This document shows, piece by piece, positions 20,781 to 30,977 of a DNA stretch of 64,000 nt. The translations under genes were made by a program, and so were the position numbers. The stretch covers positions 640,001 through 704,000 of the forward strand of contig CAVTCS010000003.1 of the NCBI GenBank assembly GCA_963733295.1, written 5' to 3'. Numbering within the stretch: the stretch's first letter is position 1; every line of letters begins with the position of its first letter. This DNA is from Vulcanimicrobiota bacterium. Its GTDB lineage: Bacteria > Vulcanimicrobiota > Vulcanimicrobiia > Vulcanimicrobiales > Vulcanimicrobiaceae. The notes below the pieces were generated by a model. The model saw only the letters and a list, made by a program, of their open reading frames with translations. It made no database searches and was not told the DNA's origin.

Positions 20781-21025
20781 TCTTCGTCATTCAGTACAAC
20801 CGCTCGCGCGGCAAGATCGAGCAGCTACATGCGTTCACCGACGAGGAGCGCGGCGCTGGCGATACTGTTCGCGCGCATTTGGAGAGGGCCGCGATTGTGC
20901 GCGAGGGGCGCACCGACGTCGAGGTCGTTACGCTCGAGGCGGAATCGGAGGAGGCGTTGCTTCGTACGCATCGCCGCTACTTCGCCGATCTGAAGCAGCT
21001 CGCGGAGACTTCTCCGGCAGCCTAA
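20777..21025 (+). CDS. Putative cognate antitoxin (CapRel antitoxin-like)
   Basis: GTGA overlap with toxin stop; FVIQYNR..EVVTLEAESEEALLRTHRRYF resembles the CapRel C-terminal antitoxin end (from memory). Confidence 0.6.
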   Translation: MIFVIQYNRSRGKIEQLHAFTDEERGAGDTVRAHLERAAIVREGRTDVEVVTLEAESEEALLRTHRRYFADLKQLAETSPAA

Positions 21026-21110
21026 ACGCGCGGCAGACCTTTTCGGAATCAAGGCTCCGGGCGCGGTCTCGGCCAACCCTTTCCGTTCGTCCGTCGTGAC
21101 GATAGGTGCA

Positions 21111-21866
21111 ATGAAAGAATCGCACGGAGCTTTGATCGTCACCGGCGCGAGCCGGGGGATCGGTGCCGCGGTGGCGCGCCTGGGCGCTGAGCGCGGCTAT
21201 CGCGTCGCGGTGAACTACTCGACGAGCTCAAAATCTGCGCGCGAGGTGGTCGACGGAATCGAATCGGCCGGCGGCCGAGCCGTTGCGATCGAGGCCGACG
21301 TTTCGAACGAGGCCGGCGTGCTCAAACTCTTCGCGTCGGCCGAGCGCGAGTTAGGCAAGATCGAGGCGCTCGTGAACAATGCCGGCATCATCGGCGCCGG
21401 CACGCGCGTCGATGCGCTCGACGCCGAAACGTTGCAGCGCGTACTGAATCTCAACGTCACCGGTACGATCTTGTGCGCGCGCGAGGCGGTTCGCCGCATG
21501 TCGACCCGTCACGGTGGTTCGGGCGGGGCCATCGTCAACGTGTCGTCACTGGCTTCGCGCCTCGGAAGCGCCGGCGAATACGTGCACTACGCCGCTTCGA
21601 AAGGTGCGGTTGATTCATTTACGATTGGTCTCGCGCGCGAGGTCGCGGGGGAGGCAATTCGCGTGAACGCGGTTGCTCCGGGCTTGATCCAAACCGGGAT
21701 CCACGCGTCGGCGGGCGATCCGGGACGGCTCGAGCGCTTATCAGGGAACGTCCCAAGCGGTCGCGCCGGCAGAGCGCAAGAAGTCGCCGAAGCGATTCTC
21801 TGGCTCTTGTCGCCGGCTGCGTCATACGTGACGGGAACGATACTCGAAGTCGGCGGCGGCCGTTAG
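21111..21866 (+). CDS. SDR family oxidoreductase
   Basis: TGASRGIG, NNAG, YAASK. Confidence 0.92.
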   Translation: MKESHGALIVTGASRGIGAAVARLGAERGYRVAVNYSTSSKSAREVVDGIESAGGRAVAIEADVSNEAGVLKLFASAERELGKIEALVNNAGIIGAGTRVDALDAETLQRVLNLNVTGTILCAREAVRRMSTRHGGSGGAIVNVSSLASRLGSAGEYVHYAASKGAVDSFTIGLAREVAGEAIRVNAVAPGLIQTGIHASAGDPGRLERLSGNVPSGRAGRAQEVAEAILWLLSPAASYVTGTILEVGGGR

Positions 21867-22102
21867 ATCTGTTCGACGCGCTCGATTTCGGGGCAGGCGG
21901 CCCGGACCGATGCCTCGATCGCCAACTTGAGCGTGGCCGTCGACATCGCGCAACCTCCGCAAGCGCCGACCATCTGCACGTAGGCGACGTCGTCTTCGAT
22001 ACGGATCAGCCACACGTCGCCGCCGTCGGCGAGAATGCCCGGGCGGACGCTCGCGAGAGCGGCTTCGACGCGTTCGCGAAGTCCGTCGGTCACCGTATCC
22101 AT
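21863..22102 (-). CDS. NifU/Nfu-like Fe-S scaffold domain protein
   Basis: VRP..ADGGDV, GACGGC. Confidence 0.88.
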   Translation of the reverse strand: MDTVTDGLRERVEAALASVRPGILADGGDVWLIRIEDDVAYVQMVGACGGCAMSTATLKLAIEASVRAACPEIERVEQI

Positions 22103-22141
22103 CTCGTTTTCTTCAACCACGGTCAGCGCGAGGGCGTTGCG

Positions 22142-23047
22142 CTAGATGAAGGGTGCGCCCGAAAGGAAGGCCAGCAACGCGAAAAGGCTGACGACGAAGA
22201 AGAGGGAGACCCCGCGGCCCGCAATGGCCTCGTCGTTCGGCCGTTCGTCCGTGCGTCGCGTGACGGAGCGGGCGAACTGCCAGGCGAGGGGAAGGGTGAG
22301 CACTTCCATGAGCGCCAGGGCCGGTGGCGCCCCGGCCAGCAGAGCCACGGCGACGCCCGCGTAGATCGCAAGGCAGGCGGCATAAGCGATCGGGAGGACG
22401 CCTCGTTCGCCCAAGCGGACGATGAGATTGCGCTTTCCGGTGGCGCGGTCGGCGGCCACGTCGGGAAACTCCACGCCGAGCATCATCGCGATCATCGCCG
22501 CCGCTCCGGGCAGCGTGGTCGCCAGCGCTAACCAGCTCAACGTGCCGGTCTCGGCGGCGTAGGTGCAGAGCGGCACCAGCATGGCGACGACGAGGGCCGC
22601 GTTGAGTTCGCCGAGCCCGCGGCCGAGCAAACGCGCAGGCGGCGCGGAGTAGGCCCAGGCGAGGACGCCCACGAGCGCGGCCACGAGGGCCGCCACCTGC
22701 AGCCCCCGGCTCGCCAGGAGCGCGCAGCCCGCCGCGCCGAGCGCGGCGCAGCCGAGCGCGGCAATGAGGCCGGTCGAGGGGGGCAGCGTGCCATCGACGA
22801 GGGCGCCGCTGCCGCCGGAGAAGGGCGTCCGGACCGCCTGTTCGTCAGCGGCGCGGTCGAAATAGTCGTTGGTGTAGTGGGTCATCAGATGGAACGCAAC
22901 GACCGTGGCTTGAGCCAGCAGAAACGGGCCCCAGGCGAAGCTCGCCCGCTCGTAGGCTGCGACCGCGCCGCCCAGACCTCCGCCGACGAAGCCGCCGGCC
23001 AGGAACTTGAGCCGCGAGAGCCTGACGAAGGCGAGAACCCTCAGCAC
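22142..23047 (-). CDS. UbiA/MenA-family prenyltransferase
   Basis: NDYFD, TPFSGGSG, YSAPP, D...D...GKRNL; multiple TM helices. Confidence 0.85.
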   Translation of the reverse strand: MLRVLAFVRLSRLKFLAGGFVGGGLGGAVAAYERASFAWGPFLLAQATVVAFHLMTHYTNDYFDRAADEQAVRTPFSGGSGALVDGTLPPSTGLIAALGCAALGAAGCALLASRGLQVAALVAALVGVLAWAYSAPPARLLGRGLGELNAALVVAMLVPLCTYAAETGTLSWLALATTLPGAAAMIAMMLGVEFPDVAADRATGKRNLIVRLGERGVLPIAYAACLAIYAGVAVALLAGAPPALALMEVLTLPLAWQFARSVTRRTDERPNDEAIAGRGVSLFFVVSLFALLAFLSGAPFI

Positions 23048-23120
23048 GATTGGGCGCGCTTCGGATGGCGAAGGAAGCTCCCTGCGCGCGACGCAAAATG
23101 AGCTTTCACAGCGCAAAAAG

Positions 23121-23933
23121 ATGACGCAGCAACTGACCAGGCCGGCCCCGCGAAAGACCGCGGGCGGCCGTCCAAAAGTTCAATCGGTCGACCGGACCCT
23201 CGACGTCCTCGAGGCCCTTGCCTCACGTCGCGGAGCGACCGGGATCAGCGAACTGTCGCAGATCGTGGGCCTCCACGTCAGCACCGTCCACCGCTTGCTA
23301 GCGACGCTCGTCGATCGCGGTTACGTTCGTCAAGACCCCGACAGTTCGCGCTATCATCTCGGCTCGCGCGTCTTCACCTTGGCCAGCGCCGCCGACGTGC
23401 ATCTGGATTTGCGCCTGGTTGCGCGACCCTATCTCGAGCGCCTGATGCGAAATTCGGGCGAAACGGCGAATCTCGTGACGGCAAGCGATGACGAAGTCGT
23501 TTACCTCGACCAAGTCGCCAGCATGCATCTGGTCAAGATGTTCACGTCGCCCGGGATGCGCGCGCCCCTCTATTGTACCGGAAGCGGTAAGGCGATACTG
23601 GCCTTTCGCGCGGCCGAGGACACCGATCGAGTCCTCGGCGCGCAACTTGCGCCGCGCACGCCCAAGACGCTCGTGACGCGCGGCGCGCTCGAGACGGAGC
23701 TCGCCCGGATCCGCGAGCGCGGCGTCGCCATCGATGACGAGGAGATGGAAGAAGGCGTGCGCTGCATCGCTGCCGCGATCTTCGATCGTCGCAGCGAAGT
23801 TGTAGGCGCTATTTCGGTTTCCGGTCCGACGACGCGCCTGACGCTCGAACGCGTCGAGCGCTTGTCGCCGATCGTCAAAGCTTTAGCCGGCGAACTCTCA
23901 GGTCAACTCGGTTTCGAAGGCGCGCGCGAATAG
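23121..23933 (+). CDS. IclR-family transcriptional regulator
   Basis: VQSVDRTLDVL, STVHRLL.TL, CTGSGKA, AISVSGP. Confidence 0.93.
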   Translation: MTQQLTRPAPRKTAGGRPKVQSVDRTLDVLEALASRRGATGISELSQIVGLHVSTVHRLLATLVDRGYVRQDPDSSRYHLGSRVFTLASAADVHLDLRLVARPYLERLMRNSGETANLVTASDDEVVYLDQVASMHLVKMFTSPGMRAPLYCTGSGKAILAFRAAEDTDRVLGAQLAPRTPKTLVTRGALETELARIRERGVAIDDEEMEEGVRCIAAAIFDRRSEVVGAISVSGPTTRLTLERVERLSPIVKALAGELSGQLGFEGARE

Positions 23934-23950
23934 GTTCTGCGGGATGCAGA

Positions 23951-25291
23951 TCATCGCCGCCGCGACCCGGGCATGGGGAAAACCACCGGGAAGTTGACTC
24001 TCACCGTGCGCACGAGGATCTGTCCGAATCCGCCGGGGTTGGGGTAGAACGACGCAAAGCCCGTGACTTGACCCGTCTGTGATTGACCGCCGGGTGCGTA
24101 CTGCGTTACCGTGCCCGCGGTGGCATCCGAAACGTAGAGATTGTTCGCGGAATCGATGCCGAGCGACGGCACCGAAGCCACAGCCTGCACGATTGTGTGA
24201 GTGAGATCGGGACACTGCACGGGAACGCCGTCCGGCCCGGCGGCGCCCGCCGCCTGATCGTACACGAGCACGCCCGACTTGCCGCCTAACGCGTAGTCGA
24301 ACGAAACGTACTCGATTTCGGTCGTGTCGACGGCCATCTCGATCGCGTTTTCATCGTGCAAACCGCCTGTGGCGTCGGCGTTCGGGCTGCCGAAGAGCTC
24401 TTGGGTGAGCTTCCCGCCGGTGTACTGTTGCGCGAGCAAGAAGCGCACGTCGTCACCGCTCACGGGCGAAGTGGAATCGAACGTGCACACCCCTGGTTTG
24501 AAGGAGAACGGAATCGGCGTTATCGCGTAGCTCGGCAAGAACTGGCGCAAGATCCAAACGCCGCCCGCCGGATCCGATACGATATCTGCGGTCGGCGCTT
24601 GCGCTGCAACCTTGTGAGAGGGCATCGTCACGCTCGCGCTCTTGCTGAACTCCGCGGTTACGAACGCCTGCGCCGGGGTGATACCCGCAATCGTCACATC
24701 GTTGGCATTGAAGCCGGTCCACACGCTTCCCGCAGCGTCGAATCCGATCCGAGGCCAGGTGACGAGGCCGCCGGTGTTGCCGTTCGGCTCGGCTAACGTG
24801 CGTACCGGAGCGTTGGAGCCGACCCTGTACTGCTGGATCAGGTCGTTGCTCTTCGACGAACACGCGGCGATGTAGAAAGTGCCGGAGGAATCGTCGAACG
24901 CGATGAAGCCGCTGCCGGGGACTTGCGGAAAACACAAACCGGATTGTGACTGCGTCGACGTCGTCGAGCCGAGCGCGAACTGATAGACGGTGCCTTGACC
25001 TCCGGCGCTCGATTCCATAGCGTACAGATTGCCGCTAGCGTCGGCCGTAAAGGCTCCTGCGCATAACCCGGCGACGGCGAACGGCGACCCGATCGAAGCT
25101 AGATTCGGAAGCTCAAACGCCACAACGTCGTTGCACGCTGCGCCCGAAGAGCCGCTCAAGAAGAGCACGTCGAGCGGGCTCCCCATGGGAGACGGTGACG
25201 GCGTCGGCTTGGTAACCGAAGGCGTCGACTTGCTGCAGCCCGCAGCGACGGCGAGCGCGGTCAAAACGAGTGCGAAGAGGGTCTGTCTCAT
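23951..25291 (-). CDS. Secreted lipoprotein, probable beta-propeller (NHL-like)
   Basis: Lipobox AAGC, Pro/Ser linker, repeated DASGNLY/DAAGSVW/DSANNLYV blades; GGAG RBS. Confidence 0.7.
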   Translation of the reverse strand: MRQTLFALVLTALAVAAGCSKSTPSVTKPTPSPSPMGSPLDVLFLSGSSGAACNDVVAFELPNLASIGSPFAVAGLCAGAFTADASGNLYAMESSAGGQGTVYQFALGSTTSTQSQSGLCFPQVPGSGFIAFDDSSGTFYIAACSSKSNDLIQQYRVGSNAPVRTLAEPNGNTGGLVTWPRIGFDAAGSVWTGFNANDVTIAGITPAQAFVTAEFSKSASVTMPSHKVAAQAPTADIVSDPAGGVWILRQFLPSYAITPIPFSFKPGVCTFDSTSPVSGDDVRFLLAQQYTGGKLTQELFGSPNADATGGLHDENAIEMAVDTTEIEYVSFDYALGGKSGVLVYDQAAGAAGPDGVPVQCPDLTHTIVQAVASVPSLGIDSANNLYVSDATAGTVTQYAPGGQSQTGQVTGFASFYPNPGGFGQILVRTVRVNFPVVFPMPGSRRR

Positions 25292-25333
25292 TGCGGCGTT
25301 ACTCCAGTTCTCACTGATCCGGTTCAACGAAAG

Positions 25334-26980
25334 GTGTCGGCGTCCGCCCGAGGCAAAGCCAGCGCCGAGATGCTGCTCGGCGCGATCGACGTAGGAACGA
25401 ACTCGATCCATCTGATCGTCGTGGAGCTCGATCCCCGTTTCGGCACGGCGCGAACGCTCCTCAAGGCCCGTGAAATGGTGCGTCTCGGCGGTGGAGAAGC
25501 GCTGGCGCGCGGTCACCTCAGCAAGAAAGCCGTGCAACGAGGCGTCGCGGCGATCGCCAAATTCGCCGACGCAGCCAGGGCCGCCGGTGCAGCAGATGTG
25601 CGCGCGGTCGCAACTTCTGCGGTGCGAGAGGCCGGCAATCGTGAGGAGTTCCTGGCGGCGGTTCGAGCGACCAGCGGCATCTCGATCGAGGTTCTCGGCG
25701 AAACGGAAGAAGCGCGGCTGATTCACTTGGGCGTCAGCCGCGGCTATCCGATCGGCGACCGCGTCGCGTGCATCTTCGACATCGGCGGCGGTTCGACGGA
25801 GTTCATCGTCGCCGATTCGGAACGTCCGTATTTCTTGCACAGCGTGCGGCTCGGCAGCTTGAGGCTCTTCGACGAATACCTTCGCGACGGCGAAAGTCAG
25901 CTCCGCTACGCCGCGCTGGACGCGAACGTCAAACACGTTCTCGACCGCTTCATGCCGCAGCTCAAAGAGTATCGCTTCGACTTGTTAATCGGAACCTCGG
26001 GGACCGTGATGGGTTTGGCGGCACTCGACGCCGCCGGCTCCGGCGTCCCCGAGCAAAGGGCGCACGGCTACGTTCTGCGTCTCGAACGGTTGCGCGAACT
26101 GCAAACCACGATGCGCCGCTTAACGCCGGCCGAAAGGCGCAAGCTTCCCGGCATGAACCCTCGCCGCGGCGACATCATCGTAGCAGGCAACGCGATCGTC
26201 ATCGCCATTATGGAGTCGCTGGGGCGAGACGAGCTGATCGTTTGCGAACGGGCTCTGCGCGAGGGCGTCGTCGTCGACTACATCGAACGCAACCTCGCGG
26301 TGGCGCGGCGTTTAGGCGACGAGCGCACGCGCCGTTTCGACGCGGCCCACGAACTTGCGCGGCGCTTCGGCCACAGCGGCGTGCACGAGAACCACGTCGC
26401 GGGCCTCGCGTTGCAGCTCTTCGACCTTCTCGGCGAAGTCCACCGTTTCGAACCGGCCGAACGCGACGTGCTCTTTGCCGCGGCGCTGCTCCACGACATC
26501 GGCCGCGCCATCTCGCCCAGCGCGCACCACAAGCACGGCGCGTACATCGTGCGCCACGCCGGCCTCGCCGGTTGGCGGGCCGAAGAGATCGAACTGATCG
26601 CCGCACTCGTGCGCTACCATCGCAAGTCGCTGCCCAAACCAACACACGAAGAGTGGATCGCAGCTTCGCCGGTCTTGCGCGAGAGAATCTCCGGCTTAGC
26701 GGGCATCCTGCGCGTCGCCGATGGGTTGGATCGCCGCCGCCTCGGCGTCGTCACCTCGATCGGTGCCGAGATCGCGCCCGGCAAGGTCCGTCTCGCGCTC
26801 GAGGCCTCTCAGGGCGTCGAGCCGGAAATCGAAGGGGCGCTCTTCAAGTCCGAGTTATTCGAGCAGGCGTTCAACGTCGCGCTCGGAGTCGAAGCTGCGC
26901 CGCGGTCGCCCTACGACTCGTCTTTCGGCGAGAGCGAGCCGAGCGCCGACGAGATCGACGCGGCAAGACTCTCGGGATAG
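25334..26980 (+). CDS. ppx: Ppx/GppA exopolyphosphatase with HD domain
   Basis: AIDVGTNSIH, ATSAVREA, DIGGGSTE, LREG, LLHDIG, RYHRK. Confidence 0.92.
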   Translation: MSASARGKASAEMLLGAIDVGTNSIHLIVVELDPRFGTARTLLKAREMVRLGGGEALARGHLSKKAVQRGVAAIAKFADAARAAGAADVRAVATSAVREAGNREEFLAAVRATSGISIEVLGETEEARLIHLGVSRGYPIGDRVACIFDIGGGSTEFIVADSERPYFLHSVRLGSLRLFDEYLRDGESQLRYAALDANVKHVLDRFMPQLKEYRFDLLIGTSGTVMGLAALDAAGSGVPEQRAHGYVLRLERLRELQTTMRRLTPAERRKLPGMNPRRGDIIVAGNAIVIAIMESLGRDELIVCERALREGVVVDYIERNLAVARRLGDERTRRFDAAHELARRFGHSGVHENHVAGLALQLFDLLGEVHRFEPAERDVLFAAALLHDIGRAISPSAHHKHGAYIVRHAGLAGWRAEEIELIAALVRYHRKSLPKPTHEEWIAASPVLRERISGLAGILRVADGLDRRRLGVVTSIGAEIAPGKVRLALEASQGVEPEIEGALFKSELFEQAFNVALGVEAAPRSPYDSSFGESEPSADEIDAARLSG

Positions 26981-27829
26981 GGCGGAGCATCCGAACCCTT
27001 CCAAAGGTCGCGCAGCGATTCGGTGGCGCGCTCGCGCTCCAACAAGGCAGCTTCGCGGCGAGCCTGGATGCCCGCGATGCGCGGGTCGCCGTCGGGCAAA
27101 TGATCGGTAAGGTCGTCGTAAAATCGCACGAACGCGTCGACGTCGGCAATCGTTCCCAAGCGTTCTTGAGCCAGCGCGAGCGAATCGAGCGCCTGATGGC
27201 ACGACTCGCCCAAGATTCCGGTAAAAAATTCGAGCGTATAGCGCAAGCGTTTGACGGCAATCCGGGTTGCGTGCAAGTCTTCGTCGCGCTTGCTCTGGAG
27301 CGCCCGCTTCGCACAGGCGAGCAACTTGCGCAAGCGCCGTTCGATCTTGCGTTGCGCGAAAGGGCGCAGATGCTTGTTACGCATCGGCGAGCGCTGCAAC
27401 GAATGCGTCGGGATCGAACTGAGAATACTCGATCGCGAATTCAGCGAGGGAACGGCGCCGGCGCGCGCCGAGCGTTTCGATCGCGTAAGCGATTCCCGGC
27501 GCCTCCGCTTCGGTCGCTCCGGCCAGCGCCGCGCGCAGGACCGCCAGGTGGACGTCCGCATCGCGCACCGCGCCGAGCCGGCGGCCGACGCGGCGCGTCG
27601 CTTCACGGTATTCGGTGAAGCGTCCTTTGGGAAAGGCTCCCTGAAACGTGGACATCGCGGTCCGAAGCCGCCGGATCGCAACGCGCATGTCGTGCGTCGC
27701 CTCGACGTCGTTTCGCAGTACCCCGGGTGCTTCGGCTGCCACCGCCGAAACCAAGCTCTGCAGGATTGCGCGCGCCGCGTCCCCGAGCGGCATTTCCGGA
27801 GTCAGGCCGTCGTAGCGAGCTCTAGCCAC
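26911..27829 (-). CDS. CHAD-domain polyphosphate-binding protein (one frameshift near 27375)
   Basis: HDMRVAIRRLR, LGAVRDADV, HATRIAVKRLRY, QERLG..D; GGAGG RBS. Confidence 0.85.
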
Positions 27830-27906
27830 AAGTTCCCTCCTTGCTCGATGCGACGATCTTGGGTTATGTTTACCGCGGGAGATTACCGGCTTGGCCGAGG
27901 AGGCCT

Positions 27907-28629
27907 GTGAACGGAGATACGAACGTGGTGGTCGCGGCGCCGGGAACCAAGAAGATTTTGATCGTCGACGACGAGTCCGCGATCCTTCAGACGCTCCGCT
28001 TCAACCTCGAACGGAGCGGTTATGCGGTCGCGACGGCCGGCGACGGCCGCTCGGCGATCGCGCTGGCTGCGAGCGAACGCCCGGACCTCGTGATCATGGA
28101 CATCATGCTGCCGGTTCTCGATGGGATCGAAGCGTGCAGGGAGATCCGCAAAACGAGCGGCGTTCCGATCATCATGCTCACCGCCAAGGATCAGGAGATC
28201 GACAAGGTTTTGGCCCTCGAACTCGGGGCGGACGACTACGTCACCAAACCTTTCTCGCTCCACGAATTCCTCGCGCGCGTGAAAGCTCGCCTGCGCCGGC
28301 GTAACGGAAACTCCGAGGGCCCGCGTAGCGAGGCGATCGAGGCCGGCGAAATCGTGCTCGATCCGTCGCGCCAATCGCTCGTCGTACGGGGGCGCGAAGT
28401 TTCGCTCGCTCCGAAGGAATTCAGTCTGCTCCACGTGCTCATCGAAAATCGGGGGCGGGTCGTCACCCGGCAAGCCTTGCTCGATAAGGTTTGGGGTTAC
28501 GATTTCGAAGGCGAGCACCAGACGATCAGCGTCCACGTTCGCTGGTTGCGCGAGAAGATCGAGATCGACCCGAACAATCCGCGGCACATCATCACCGTGC
28601 GCAGCCGCGGCTATATGTTCAAGGAGTAG
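27907..28629 (+). CDS. OmpR/PhoP-family response regulator
   Basis: ILIVDDE, DIMLP, LTAK, GADDYVTKPF, VHVRWLREKIE; next to pst genes. Confidence 0.93.
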   Translation: MNGDTNVVVAAPGTKKILIVDDESAILQTLRFNLERSGYAVATAGDGRSAIALAASERPDLVIMDIMLPVLDGIEACREIRKTSGVPIIMLTAKDQEIDKVLALELGADDYVTKPFSLHEFLARVKARLRRRNGNSEGPRSEAIEAGEIVLDPSRQSLVVRGREVSLAPKEFSLLHVLIENRGRVVTRQALLDKVWGYDFEGEHQTISVHVRWLREKIEIDPNNPRHIITVRSRGYMFKE

Positions 28630-28630
28630 G

Positions 28631-29768
28631 ATGCTCTGGGACGACCTCTTGGCGCTGGGCGCCGGCGCCTTGGCGGGCGCGCTTCTGACGGGCCGGTTCC
28701 GCGAGACGCGAAGCGAGGCCCAAGCGGAGACGCCGCTCGAGCGGCTCGAACCGGATTCACGCTTCGAGCAGCTGCTGCGCTCGCTAACGGTCGGAATCCT
28801 TACGCTCGACGGCCACGGATACATCACTTCGCTCAACGCCGCGGCGAGTGCGATCTTCGACCTCGGCGGCCGCCCCGTGCTTGGCAAAGCCATCATCGAG
28901 GTGATCCCCTCGTACGATCTCGACCGGCGCGTACGTGACGCGCTGAACGGCCATCCCTCGCGCGGAGCGATCCCGCTCAGCGCGCGCCAATACGAGCGCT
29001 TCTTGACGGTAACGACGCTGCCCATCGACGGAGCCGAGGGTGCGATCGTGATCGCGAACGACGAGACGCGCCTGCACGAGCTGGAACAGACGCGGCGCGA
29101 TTTCATTTCGAGCGTCTCGCACGAGCTGCGCACGCCGCTCTCGTCGGTCAACTTGATGATCGAAACGATTCTCGAGACGGGCGGTGAGGCCGAAGCGATC
29201 GAGATGTTCTTGCCGCAGATCAAGCGCGAGGTCGATCGCATGGTGCATCTCGTCGAGGACCTGCTCGACCTGAGCCGAGCCGAGGCGGGCCGCATGCGAC
29301 TCCGCCGCGAGGACGTCGACCTCTACAGCGTGGCCTCGAACATTCTCAAGACGTTCCAGCCGCGGGCCGACCAGCTTGGCGTGACGCTCAGCCTCGACGG
29401 GACGACCACTCGCGTCGACGGCGATCCCGACCGTTTAGCGCAAGTACTCGTCAACCTGGTCGACAACGCGCTGCGCCACACGCCTGCCGGAGGTACTGTT
29501 TCCGTCGACGTGCTTGGAGCCAGACGATTTCGCGACGCTATCGGTGCGCGACACCGGCGTCGGGATCCCATACAGCGACCTGCCGCATCTGTTCGAGCGC
29601 TTCTACGTCGTCGACCGCTCGCGGGCGCGTGAGCTCGACCGGCACGGGCCTCGGCCTCTCGATCGTCAAGCAGATCGTCGAGGCGCACGGCGGTACCGTC
29701 GACGGCCGACTCGGAGTTCGGCCTGGGCGCATCGTTCACGTGCATATTCCCCGTCGCGCGCCCGGTGA
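28631..29768 (+). CDS. PhoR-like PAS histidine kinase (frameshifts near 29520-29760)
   Basis: [40 protein letters not shown] pieces. Confidence 0.87.
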
Positions 29769-29818
29769 GTTTAGCGCCGGCCGCCGCGAGGTTGACCCGA
29801 AATAGGGTGCCGATAAGC

Positions 29819-30636
29819 ATGCGCAGCTCTGCACACCCCGCGACCCTGCTTTTGGGGGTGCTCTTGCTCGGTCCACTGGCCGGGCTCGCGGATACGTCGA
29901 TCTCCGCAGCAGGTTCGACGGCGCTCCTGTCTCTGATGAAAGCATTCGCTTCCCGCCTACCAAGCAAACCACCCAGGCGTCAGCATCAGCGTGAGCGGTG
30001 GCGGGTCCGAGCTCGGCATCGCGCAAGTCGCTGCGAAAGCCGTCGACATGGGGAACTCCGACATCGTGTCCACCAATCCCGACCTGGTCGATCACAAGGT
30101 TGCCGTCGTCGGCTTCGCCGTCATCACGAATCCGAGCGCCGGCGTCACGAACCTGACCAAGAAGCAACTGCAGGACGTCTACTCGGGAAAAGTCACGCAA
30201 CTGGAAAGACGTCGGGGGCAAGGACGCAAAGATCGTCGTCATCAACCGTCCGATCGGTTCCGGCACGCGCGCGGTCTTCCAGAAGACGATCATGGGGAGC
30301 TTGAAGCTCACGGAGACCGGCGGTACGCTAGGAGAGAACGGTACGGTCGTGATCGCCGTTGCCACCACCCCTGGTGCCACGACTTACGCGACCTTCTCCG
30401 CCTCTCGTTCCAAGGAGAGGATCGTCGAGGTCTCGATCGACGGCGTCGCCCCAACCGACGAAAACGTGCAGAGCGGCGAGTGGCCGATATGGTCCTACGA
30501 GCATATCTACACGAACGGGCCGGCGTCGACCGAGGTTTCGCGCTTCATCGCCTTTATCCACAGCAGTTCGGCGATTCTCAAGCAACTCGGATATATTCCG
30601 ATCGGCGACATGAAGGTTTCTGCAACCGACCGCTGA
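29819..30636 (+). CDS. PstS-family phosphate-binding protein (Bacillus-type), frameshifted/divergent
   Basis: AAGSTALL, VSGGGS, DMGNSD, INRPIGSGTR, IWSYEH across three frames. Confidence 0.75.
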
Positions 30637-30661
30637 CGGCCGGCCCAAGCGGGGCCGGCCG
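30637..30661 (+). terminator. 10-bp GC hairpin directly after the first pstS-like gene
   Basis: CGGCCGGCCC-AAGCG-GGGCCGGCCG; no U-tract. Confidence 0.45.
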
Positions 30662-30736
30662 ACATAAGGCGCCTTAAGCTGACACCCTAGGGCTTTGTGT
30701 TCAGCGCGCTCGAGGGGCGCAAGCAGCTGCCGCTTA

Positions 30737-30774
30737 TTTAAGTACGGGATAAGTCGCGCTTAACGTGGTCTTGC
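30737..30774 (+). promoter_or_regulatory. Degenerate Pho-box-like array (distal)
   Basis: TTTAA 30737, GATAA 30748, CTTAA 30759, CTTGC 30770, at 11-bp period. Confidence 0.45.
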
Positions 30775-30828
30775 GACACTGAGAGAAGATGGCGATTGGT
30801 CAATGCGCGGACCGCGATGTCGTGCAAA

Positions 30829-30869
30829 CTTAAGCCCTTAATTTGACCTTAATGATTACTTAAGGTAAT
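30829..30869 (+). promoter_or_regulatory. Pho-box-like tandem repeats upstream of pstS
   Basis: CTTAA at 30837, 30848, 30859 (11-bp period) plus 30829, in an AT-rich patch. Confidence 0.7.
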
Positions 30870-30977
30870 GTGTCCGCGGCGCAATGCACTCCGAGTAATT
30901 GTTAGAGGTTTGGAGAAAGGGTTGTGAAAGTGCGCTACCGCCTTTTAGTACCGGCAACACATTCAAAGGAGCACTTT

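Noticed and set aside
23951..25936. 661-aa ORF as one protein
   Set aside because: The first 215 codons are antisense to ppx; the real gene starts at 25291 with an SD and lipobox
29720..29960. PhoR-PstS fusion (kinase tail reads into the frame of the PstS signal peptide)
   Set aside because: Region is error-dense; a TGA at 29766-29768 in the neighbouring frame is the likelier stop, and an internal signal peptide makes a fusion implausible
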